NCBI GenBank assembly: GCA_016839815.1
Contig: JAEOTM010000143.1
Coordinates: 1 to 64,000, forward strand
DNA from: Candidatus Hodarchaeota archaeon
GTDB taxonomy: Archaea; Asgardarchaeota; Heimdallarchaeia; Hodarchaeales; Hodarchaeaceae
Direction: 5' to 3'
DNA length: 64,000 nucleotides
Shown in pieces: positions 1 to 8,298 of this stretch (position 1 is the first letter of the stretch; each line of letters begins with the position of its first letter). A program made the translations under genes and the position numbers. The notes beneath the pieces are model-generated. The model was not told the origin of the DNA. It did not search any database and saw only the letters and a program-made list of their open reading frames with translations.

Positions 1-300
1 ACTTCGTTGAGTTGGAGAAATCATAGTGGTTGATCTTTGATGGGACTTAATGAAAAGTGTTTATCCAGTTATTATTTGAGGGTTTAGTGTTGAGGTATAA
101 AAAACATTAATATTACTCTTTTCTCATCCCGATTTTTGAGGACCAAAACTGAATAAGCTTAAGAATGATTGGAGGAGATAAATAACACAAGAAAAATAAA
201 ATCTACTAAATTTCGATCTGAATCGAATCTTTATAAAATCTAAATTCATCAGAGATTTAACTGACTCTTTGGGTCTCTTTTCATCAACAGAGGTTTTAAC

Positions 301-1302
301 ATGGAAGAATCAGAGTTACGTGAACTAATTCGGGAATATGCGATGCAAGTACGACTTGATCAAGGTGAAGCATCATTAACATCAGTTCTTAGGCAAGTGA
401 TTGCGGAAAACCCCGATACAAAAACTCAAGTGCGATCTTCGGTTGCTTTAATCAAAGAAGTAATCGGAGAGGTCAATTCTATGGAAGAGGATGACCTGAG
501 TGAAGGTTCAACGGGAATTTCAGTTGATCAAGAAGCTTCTGAGTATGAAATGCTTGTGAGATTAGTCTCTCAAAAGTTATTAGAGGCTCCTGAGTTAAAA
601 AAGGACATTAAAAGCTTAATGATCTATGGATCCTATGCAAAAAAATTACATGTTGTTGGAGAAAGTGATATTAACTTCTTGATCGTGCTCACAGAGGAGA
701 TAGACTCTGAAAAAGCCATTGAAACAATATCTAAGATTGCAGAGGAAATAGTAACTCCTGAACTTGCTCATATTTTTGATCTAATGATTTTAAAAGAAAA
801 TGATATTGCAGAACTTGAAAAATTTGGTCCCGATTTTACTCATATTCATGCTCTCTATGCAAAAGATGGAGATCTCCTTTTTGGAGAAAACTTATTCAGT
901 GATCTGAAATTTACAGACGAACAAATTCAGGAATCAGCAAAACTACTAATTAAAGACACAATAATCCAGATTGATGAAATAAGAAAAACAGCTAAAGAAG
1001 AAGATTTGCCCGAAGATGAATTGGATTATCTTATTGGGGGTTTTATTATCGATATCGCTTTTGGATTGTCGTGCTATAAAGCAGGAGTAAATTCTGTACC
1101 AATGGATCTGGTAAAACCCGATATTCATGAGGAAATCATGGAGGTATGGGGAACCGAGTCAGAATTTTCTTCATTTTATCCGCTGTTAGAGAAAGCTCAC
1201 GCTTTTAAACTTGGAATCAAACTTCCTGAATCTGATAACTTTTTAACAAACAGTATCGAATTTATCAATAAAGTTATCGAATATACTGGATTAAGCGAGT
1301 GA
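301..1302 (+). CDS. Acidic pol-beta-type nucleotidyltransferase domain protein with an N-terminal helical domain resembling the archaeal GluRS N-terminus
   Basis: Motif LMIYGSYAK...ESDINFLIVL...FDLMIL (GS-x-D-x-N). The N-terminus ELRELIREYA...VLRQVIAENPD...IKEVIGEVNSM resembles the archaeal GluRS N-terminal extension. SD GAGGT upstream. Confidence 0.6.
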   Translation: MEESELRELIREYAMQVRLDQGEASLTSVLRQVIAENPDTKTQVRSSVALIKEVIGEVNSMEEDDLSEGSTGISVDQEASEYEMLVRLVSQKLLEAPELKKDIKSLMIYGSYAKKLHVVGESDINFLIVLTEEIDSEKAIETISKIAEEIVTPELAHIFDLMILKENDIAELEKFGPDFTHIHALYAKDGDLLFGENLFSDLKFTDEQIQESAKLLIKDTIIQIDEIRKTAKEEDLPEDELDYLIGGFIIDIAFGLSCYKAGVNSVPMDLVKPDIHEEIMEVWGTESEFSSFYPLLEKAHAFKLGIKLPESDNFLTNSIEFINKVIEYTGLSE

Positions 1303-1313
1303 GAAAAAGAATC

Positions 1314-1919
1314 TTACTCATCATTTTTTCTAAGAAATCCTTCCCTCTCGAGAAAAGGTGCAAGGAATTCAAATTCATTAATATGAGTTTTTAGTTCCTT
1401 AAGAGCATATTCTTGAAAAGAATGAAATTCATTGGCAGAAATCCAATGTTTATCCGAATATTGGATGGCTTGGTTTAAAACATCAATATGATCTGCAACT
1501 CGAGCGATCCTAGATTCAGCACTACTATGAATTCCAATGACCGATAGGAATGATGCCCTGAATTTTTCATTTAGTTGTTTACTAATCTTATTTACCGCTC
1601 CCTCTTCAATATTTTCAAGAAATTTAGTAATCTTGGGGGATTCTGATAGATTGTACAAACTTTTATCTATATCCATATACTCTGATTCAGGGAAATCATG
1701 AAAAAGGGCAAATAAGACCGCTTTTTCAACGTTTAAGGGAGTTTTTTTATTATGTTTTTCTCTCAAAGCATTTTCTTCTAAACAAAAGAAATATGTGAGC
1801 ACGCTTACAGCCCAAGAATGGTCTGCTAAAGATTCAATATCACATTTAGGTACACCAGCACGAATCCAGCCAGTACGCAATAAAGACTTCATTAATTGGA
1901 TATTCTTCAACAAAACCAA
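1314..1919 (-). CDS. HD-domain 5'-deoxynucleotidase (YfbR/HDDC2 family)
   Basis: LRTGW...ESLADHSW, HDFPES..DI and ADHID motifs. Confidence 0.8.
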   Translation of the reverse strand: MVLLKNIQLMKSLLRTGWIRAGVPKCDIESLADHSWAVSVLTYFFCLEENALREKHNKKTPLNVEKAVLFALFHDFPESEYMDIDKSLYNLSESPKITKFLENIEEGAVNKISKQLNEKFRASFLSVIGIHSSAESRIARVADHIDVLNQAIQYSDKHWISANEFHSFQEYALKELKTHINEFEFLAPFLEREGFLRKNDE

Positions 1920-2085
1920 GGTATCACTTCTTGAAATCGGAAGATCTAACTCAATTAGAAATTTATATCTAGTAAATTAAAGATTCGAAAAACGGGAATC
2001 TTCTGATTTCTTTAACCCTTCTCCCCAAAGGAATTACTATAAATTAAAAAGATGAGTGTCTTAGAGTAATGAATAGAGTAAAAGA

Positions 2086-2376
2086 CTATGCTTTGACGTA
2101 GACACATAAACGTCGATTTGAAAACGCTTTTTTAACAATCTTTTTCTCTTCCAAATCTGTAAGTAACTGTTTAGCTGCTGATACTCGGATATCATTTCGT
2201 GCCGCTATTTCTTGTGGAGTGACAACGATAGATTTTCGTTTTTTATATTCAGTGGTTAAATCTTTCAACATAGCGTCATATTCGTCACCCACGAGTAGTG
2301 AGCGCTCATAGCTAGTGTACTCGAAGACTTTACCCCATCGTCGTTTTTTACGTACTCGTTTATCAGATATGCTCAT
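2086..2376 (-). CDS. rps25e: Small-subunit ribosomal protein eS25
   Basis: Basic KKRRWGK segment plus winged helix VTPQEIA...IRVSAAKQLLTDLEEKKIVK...VY. ATG at 2376, preceded by GGAG, preferred over TTG at 2391. Confidence 0.8.
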   Translation of the reverse strand: MSISDKRVRKKRRWGKVFEYTSYERSLLVGDEYDAMLKDLTTEYKKRKSIVVTPQEIAARNDIRVSAAKQLLTDLEEKKIVKKAFSNRRLCVYVKA

Positions 2377-2526
2377 TTTGATTGACTCCAATCAGCCTAC
2401 TTGACGTGTACTGAGCTTTTTTTATCTGATATATGAAGGCGTCGATTGTATTGCCTAATTGTTTTTAAATCACAATTCTAGATTTTATATCCTCAAGAAT
2501 ATTAGCGAACTAAAAAGGGATCAATC

Positions 2527-3237
2527 TTGCTAGGTACAATAATTAACTGTGTGGCAGTTATTTTAGGTACATTAATTGGAATAACAATAGGTAAGACAAT
2601 TTTTACAGATGAAATGAAACACATCACCATCACAAGTATCGGTTTGTTAACCATGCTTCTTGGAGTTGAAATGTTCATCTCTTATAACCTATCAAATGTT
2701 GAATTTCTAATCTTATTATTTTCATTAGTTCTGGGGGGTATGATAGGTACTTGGGTAAAGATTGAACAGAATGTTGAAAAACTAGGAGAATGGTTTAAAA
2801 ATAAAGCAAAAAGTTCAGAGAGTACCTTTGTTGAAGGATTCGTAGTTGCGTCGATCATCTTTGAAACAGGGCCAATGGCAATTCTTGGTTCAATAAAGGA
2901 TGGAATAGGGGAAGAAATTGACCTTTTACTCATAAAATCTGGGTTAGATGGGATTATGTCCATAGCGTTATCAGCATCACTGGGAATCGGAGTGATTTTC
3001 AGTGTTGTACCAATATTGCTCTACCAAGGATCAATAACTCTACTCTCTGCTTTAATCGGAGCCCAATTGAATGAACCAGTTCAAGGGATGATCACTGTAA
3101 TAGGGGGAGTTCTAATCCTAGGGTTGGGAATACGTATACTAGAGATAAAAGATATACCAGTTGGAGATCTTACTCCCTCTATTTTAATAATATTGCCCTT
3201 CACTATACTTGTCGAAACCATTCAAGCAGTATTATAA
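2527..3237 (+). CDS. DUF554 (YdfK-like) membrane protein
   Basis: MLGTIIN start, GFVVASIIF..GPMAILGSIKDG, KSGLDG and YQGSIT motifs; multiple TM segments. Confidence 0.85.
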   Translation: MLGTIINCVAVILGTLIGITIGKTIFTDEMKHITITSIGLLTMLLGVEMFISYNLSNVEFLILLFSLVLGGMIGTWVKIEQNVEKLGEWFKNKAKSSESTFVEGFVVASIIFETGPMAILGSIKDGIGEEIDLLLIKSGLDGIMSIALSASLGIGVIFSVVPILLYQGSITLLSALIGAQLNEPVQGMITVIGGVLILGLGIRILEIKDIPVGDLTPSILIILPFTILVETIQAVL

Positions 3238-4110
3238 CGTATATTTGAAAAGATTGATGATACCTTCTGACATAAAGCCTACAACGCCAATAGTCATGCA
3301 AATTTTGAGAATACGCTTAATAGCGGTTGTATTTTGGATTATCTTCTCTTCAGGATGGTTAAACAACATCGGAACAGTATAGAAAATAATTCCCATTATC
3401 AAAAAAACTGCTATAAAGAAAGGGATACTCTTATAATAACCTAAAAGAACTGGGAATGGGATTATAACTACAAGAGAAAATAGAATGATGTATGCAAGGT
3501 TTCTAGCAGGTTTAACTCCATAACGTAAGGCAATGGATTGGACATTTTCTAATCTATCACCATGAACATCCTCAATATCTTTGATCAGCTCCCGTCCTAA
3601 GTTGATGAGGAAGGCAAATGAAGCAGGATAGATAAGGGTGGTATAACTCTTAGTAACAAAACCACCAAAAACGAAAGGAATGGCAGCTAATAAGGCTACA
3701 ATTAAGTTACCTGGGAAACCAGACCGTTTAAACCGCTCAGCATAAAAATAAAGAAGGATTCCACCGCTTAACGCTAATAATACTGCAACTAAATCGATCA
3801 AAACTGCGCAAAACAAACCTAATACAAATGTAATAATTGAAAACCATTTTGCCCCTTGTAAGCTCACATTACCAGAAGGAATAGGGCGATGAGGAACATT
3901 AATTTTGTCTATTTCAATATCGAAAATATCATTAATGGCATACCCATATGCAGATATAAATCCCGTAGTAATACATCCTAATACGATATACCACAGTTGA
4001 GTATCAGTTAAAGGAGCTGAAAGAGCAGCTAACGCACCAATAGCTACTGCTGAGCCAGCTAGCACAGAATTTATAGGTCTACCGAGAACAAAATAGGCTT
4101 GAACGGACAT
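3232..4110 (-). CDS. Digeranylgeranylglyceryl phosphate synthase (UbiA family)
   Basis: RPINS, NDIFDIEIDKINVPHRPIPSG and RELIKDIEDVHGD aspartate-rich motifs. Start set at ATG 4110. Confidence 0.85.
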   Translation of the reverse strand: MSVQAYFVLGRPINSVLAGSAVAIGALAALSAPLTDTQLWYIVLGCITTGFISAYGYAINDIFDIEIDKINVPHRPIPSGNVSLQGAKWFSIITFVLGLFCAVLIDLVAVLLALSGGILLYFYAERFKRSGFPGNLIVALLAAIPFVFGGFVTKSYTTLIYPASFAFLINLGRELIKDIEDVHGDRLENVQSIALRYGVKPARNLAYIILFSLVVIIPFPVLLGYYKSIPFFIAVFLIMGIIFYTVPMLFNHPEEKIIQNTTAIKRILKICMTIGVVGFMSEGIINLFKYTL

Positions 4111-4408
4111 TTTAGTGCATCCAGTTCTTCTTCGTAGTGAAGAAAGCAATCTTTCGATTATATATATTCTTAGCGTTTTTTTTAAATTTTAAGTTAAAAA
4201 AAAATTTTAATCCCTTCTCCATCTTTTTTCATGGTTATAATCTAATGTACATTTTAGAAAAAGGAAGAAAAAGAAAAAAGATTCAGTTAAATGGGAAACC
4301 GTTGAAATTTATTCTTCTTTCTTCTTCTCTTATTTCAGAATGACGAAGAAGTCTGAATAATAATTTAACAGGAAATGAAAAAAAGGAAGAAAAAAGAGGT
4401 AGCGAGTG

Positions 4409-5302
4409 TCATTCCTCAGGTTTTTTCTTTTCTTTAACGGGTAGGGGGTTTACTCCATACACTCCAACGGGTGGTAACCCTCCATCTCCAGATGTCCTTC
4501 CCAGATCACTACTTGTTCCTGAAAATCCAGCAATAGGAATATTTGTTGGGATCAGCATTATAGTTGCTCCACCTTCAGTTGCGGCTTCAAATAGTAAGTT
4601 TATCCACCGTAATTCCATTGCGAGTGGCACTTTTGCATATTGTTCCGCTGCCTCTATCATACCTTTTGCTGCTTCTTTTTCTGCTTGAGCAAGAGTGATT
4701 CGCGCCCGTCTTTCCCTTTCTGCTTCTGCTTGACGAGATATTGCTTCCTGTAATCTTCCTGGAACAACCACATCACGAATTTCCACACTCATGATTTTGA
4801 TTCCCCACATTACGGTTTTCTCATCAACGATTTCTTGCATGTGGTGTGCAATCTTTTCTCGTTCTGCTAACACTTCATCGAGTTCGACTTGTCCAGTTAC
4901 CTCTCGCAGTGTTGTTTGGGCAACCCACTGGGTAGCAGATTGGTAATGTTCAACTTCTAAGACTGTTTTTTCAACATCTACAACCTTAAAGAATAACACC
5001 GCATCAATAGTAACAGGAACATTATCTCTAGTTAAACTCTGTTCTGAACGAAAAGAATACGTTTGGATTCGAGTGGAAATAACAGAGGGTATCTTATCAA
5101 TCCCTGGAATAATCCAGAATATTCCAGGTCCCTTTAATCCTGTGTACCTTCCAAGACGAAGTACAGGGGCTCTTTCCCATTCCTTAATTATCTTAATTCC
5201 ACTTACCAGATAAATAATGACAAGTATCAATCCAAACAGTGCAAAAAACATTAACATAACATCTAAACCGTCACTTTGGGCGAAAAAATTCATAATTTCC
5301 AT
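4409..5302 (-). CDS. SPFH/band-7 stomatin-like protein
   Basis: N-terminal TM, ERAPVLRLGR..GPG, TRDNVPVTIDAV, QTTLREV, QAEAERERRA coiled coil. Confidence 0.92.
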   Translation of the reverse strand: MEIMNFFAQSDGLDVMLMFFALFGLILVIIYLVSGIKIIKEWERAPVLRLGRYTGLKGPGIFWIIPGIDKIPSVISTRIQTYSFRSEQSLTRDNVPVTIDAVLFFKVVDVEKTVLEVEHYQSATQWVAQTTLREVTGQVELDEVLAEREKIAHHMQEIVDEKTVMWGIKIMSVEIRDVVVPGRLQEAISRQAEAERERRARITLAQAEKEAAKGMIEAAEQYAKVPLAMELRWINLLFEAATEGGATIMLIPTNIPIAGFSGTSSDLGRTSGDGGLPPVGVYGVNPLPVKEKKKPEE

Positions 5303-5450
5303 TTTTTTAACCTACCTATCAGTCTTCTTGAATATCAGTCACATTTTAACTAGAAAATGATATATTTTAAATCCTCACTTCACGGAAAGTAACACAATCA
5401 TCTTTATCCTACCTGATACTTTCCCATGTTTGAATACAGGATACCTTCTA

Positions 5451-5864
5451 ATGGCTCCAAATCGCGTTCTTGTGGAATTTTCAATAGTAGGTCAGGATGA
5501 ATATGGCCGTGGTATATTAGATCGAAACATTGCATCTCGTACAATCGCTTTGATTAACTATCAACTTCGGGATGCGATTCAAACACGAATTGTGGTTCGG
5601 GATGGAGAAGTGAGTTTCCCTTTTAAAATCGGTAGGGCAGGCCCTGAAAATGCAAAGAAGTATGTTAAGAAAGGGGATATTGGGTACTGGACACAAAGTA
5701 ATGTGCTGATTATCTATTTGGTTGACAAAGAAATTGCATATCCAGTCAATATTGTTGGTCATATTCAACAAGAGGATTTTAAATTCTTTAAAAGTCTTAG
5801 AATCGGCCGTTCCATAAAAATTGAAAAAGTTCAGAGTGCCATTGATGAGGAAGATTATTTCTAA
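5451..5864 (+). CDS. Cyclophilin-like fold protein (TM1367/DUF369-like)
   Basis: ENAKKYVKKGDIGYWTQSNVLIIY...PVNIVG motif. Confidence 0.7.
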   Translation: MAPNRVLVEFSIVGQDEYGRGILDRNIASRTIALINYQLRDAIQTRIVVRDGEVSFPFKIGRAGPENAKKYVKKGDIGYWTQSNVLIIYLVDKEIAYPVNIVGHIQQEDFKFFKSLRIGRSIKIEKVQSAIDEEDYF

Positions 5865-5868
5865 ACTT

Positions 5869-6600
5869 TCAATGCCCAAAAAACAATCTTTCAGCCAACC
5901 GTATGGGTAAACCGACTTTTTGAATTTCTCTGGCAACATCTCTGATGTCATATGCTACACGAATCCAGTCCAGTTTTACCGAAGAATCAGGATTTATCTC
6001 CATTATACCCGCAGAAGCCCTCGGATCATTATCACGAGGTTGACCGACGCTCCCGGGATTAAAAATGACTTTTCCATTTTCATTTTGATAGATTAAGGGG
6101 ATATGGGTATGTCCAACTATCATTATGACACTCTCCCCAATCATCCCTAGTAGCTCATCCTTTCGTTGTTTAGAATCTTCAGGATAGATATAATCTGTTA
6201 AATATTCTTTAGGGGAGGCATGTGTTAGGTACATTTTGATACCATTTTCCTCGATCTCTTTGTATTCATTCTGAGCGACTATTGAAATGTATGTTTTATT
6301 GTAGGTCGTTAATTGGTCAAATGTCCAAAGTACGGCTTTTTGAGCCTCAGGGTTGAACCCATCTGCGTTTCCTGTAGCACAGGCTATATCATGGTTACCT
6401 ATGATAGTTAAATCAAAGGCTTCTGAAATTTTTACCATTTCATTGGGATGAGGTCCATAACCAATAATATCTCCAAGACAGATGGTGTAATCAATATTTT
6501 TTCCAAACTGTTCTTCGACTTCATCTCGGATTGCATTGTAAGCAGTCAAATTACTATGAAGGTCTGCCAAAAATAAAATCCGCATTGGTCTACTAGACAT
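5869..6600 (-). CDS. Calcineurin-like metallophosphoesterase
   Basis: DLHSN, GDIIGYGP, GNHD, HASP, GHTH and NPGSVGQPRD motifs. Start set at ATG 6600 because the upstream extension overlaps a terminator. Confidence 0.88.
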   Translation of the reverse strand: MSSRPMRILFLADLHSNLTAYNAIRDEVEEQFGKNIDYTICLGDIIGYGPHPNEMVKISEAFDLTIIGNHDIACATGNADGFNPEAQKAVLWTFDQLTTYNKTYISIVAQNEYKEIEENGIKMYLTHASPKEYLTDYIYPEDSKQRKDELLGMIGESVIMIVGHTHIPLIYQNENGKVIFNPGSVGQPRDNDPRASAGIMEINPDSSVKLDWIRVAYDIRDVAREIQKVGLPIRLAERLFFGH

Positions 6601-6684
6601 AAAATATCCCAAAATAACGTTTGTAACCCAACTTATTTCAGTAAAAATAGCATTTACCTTTAAATATTTTTTTTCAAAAGACAG

Positions 6685-6723
6685 AAAAAAAGTAGTGTAA
6701 GGGGGAAATTTCCACACTTACAC
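6685..6723 (-). terminator. Hairpin plus U-tract terminator after the proteasome beta-alpha pair
   Basis: Minus strand GTGTAAG-tgtGGAAATTTCCcc-CTTACAC followed by tacTTTTTTT. Confidence 0.6.
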
Positions 6724-6738
6724 ATGTGAGAAATTTCA

Positions 6739-7401
6739 TCAATCTGCTGTTAGAATTTGAATTTCTAATTCTTTCTCTGTGAGAGTTTCTTTTTTGTTTA
6801 AAGCAGATGTGATGATATCTAAGACTAATTTCTTTGCAGCCTCTACATCAATGCCTTGCTTGTATTCCTTGCGAAGAGCATCTATTATTCGTTCATTCCC
6901 ACTTCCAGCGGCATATGCATTTACTGCGAAATGCGAACCTCCATTATCAACAAAGAATAATTCTGCTTCTTTAGAGATAGGATTGAAACCTGCTAGGAGT
7001 AAAGCGGTTCCAAAGGGTCTAAGGCCACCTTGAATAGTATGTCGAGCCATTAAATCTCCTAATCGTTGAGCTAATGCTCTTACAGATATTTTCTCTCCGT
7101 AGATTAACCGATGTTGTTGAGCAACGAGACGTGCTTGCCCAATTAATAAGTTTGAATCTGTGGAGAGTCCTGAGGCAATGAGGAATAATTTATTATCAAT
7201 TTGTTGAATCTTATCAGGTTTTACAACCAATGGATCAAAGAGTGTTTCTCCTGCTAGTAGAATAGTTTTATTATCTAAAATCATTCCTAAAGCAGCTGCT
7301 CCTTTCTCAGATGCCTTTCGAGCATAGGATAATTGGACTAATTCACCATCAGGACTCCATATTGCTGCGGATTTATCGTAGGGTATTCTAGAATCGTACA
7401 T
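6739..7401 (-). CDS. psmA: 20S proteasome alpha-type subunit (divergent)
   Basis: YDKSAAIWSPDGELVQLSYA (canonical [20 protein letters not shown]), DKIQQID, SGLSTD, GGLRPFGTALLLAG. Confidence 0.88.
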   Translation of the reverse strand: MYDSRIPYDKSAAIWSPDGELVQLSYARKASEKGAAALGMILDNKTILLAGETLFDPLVVKPDKIQQIDNKLFLIASGLSTDSNLLIGQARLVAQQHRLIYGEKISVRALAQRLGDLMARHTIQGGLRPFGTALLLAGFNPISKEAELFFVDNGGSHFAVNAYAAGSGNERIIDALRKEYKQGIDVEAAKKLVLDIITSALNKKETLTEKELEIQILTAD

Positions 7402-7411
7402 GGTTCATTCC

Positions 7412-8071
7412 TCACATATCAATATGGATTTCTTCAGTTACTACTTGATCTCCGTCCTTCACGAAGATCAATCCATCTATTCCATTCCCAGTAGCATTAT
7501 CTCTAGCTAGAGCGGTTTTTATTGCTGCAATAGCAAGGTCTTTTGCTGATTCCTTATCAAGATTAGGTTTCCACGCATGTTCTAATACACCAATGGATAA
7601 GAGTGTTCCTGATCCAATGGCAAAGAAATCCTCATCAGATAGTGATCCGTCAGGTCCAAGAACGTAAACATGTGCTCCACGACGATCGACACCAGCCACT
7701 AAGAGCTGAACCCACCATGGTTGATATCTTCGAAATCCTCCATGCATAATTGTAGCGAGTAAACTACCTGCAACCTTTATACTTGGATCAAAATTATTTT
7801 CAAGCTGATAAAGGCGTAATTCACTTCGTAGTAAATCTACAAGGGCTTGTGCATCGGATACAGATCCTGCTATACCAATACCAGTGTAATCATTGACTTT
7901 ATGGATCTTTTTTGCTTGTTTACTTGCAGTAAAAGAGCCCATAGATGCACGACGATCAGCGACAACTAAAGCGCCATCTTTAAATTTCATAGCAACTCCT
8001 GTTGTCCCTTTTAATCGATTCATCTGATCTTGGTGTGAATCATTAAATATGGGGTTTGTAGGATAATTCAC
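7412..8071 (-). CDS. psmB: 20S proteasome beta subunit, with propeptide and catalytic Thr
   Basis: 22-aa propeptide ending LKG|TT; Asp17 (ADRRAS), Lys33, GSG and RDNATG all present. Confidence 0.92.
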   Translation of the reverse strand: MNYPTNPIFNDSHQDQMNRLKGTTGVAMKFKDGALVVADRRASMGSFTASKQAKKIHKVNDYTGIGIAGSVSDAQALVDLLRSELRLYQLENNFDPSIKVAGSLLATIMHGGFRRYQPWWVQLLVAGVDRRGAHVYVLGPDGSLSDEDFFAIGSGTLLSIGVLEHAWKPNLDKESAKDLAIAAIKTALARDNATGNGIDGLIFVKDGDQVVTEEIHIDM

Positions 8072-8298
8072 TGTATATTTCTCCTTTATTTCGATTTTTT
8101 GTAATGTAAATTCTTGTTTTGTTTCATATAGAGCATTTCAAGACCCCAATAATATGACTGGCTTTTCGGTAAAAAAGGAAATTATAGTTTAGCTCTATAG
8201 TAATCTGTAAGGAGTCTTCTATTTCCTTCCATATTTTAGCTAGTGATACTACTTCGGCTTTAAACCTGACTTTCTGGCGGATTCTCAGAAGAATTTCA

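Noticed and set aside
4137-4408. 68-aa ORF and purine/pyrimidine-rich tracts between the DGGGP synthase and SPFH genes
   Set aside because: Low-complexity terminator/promoter sequence with no RBS or protein-like composition, and not a regular repeat array.
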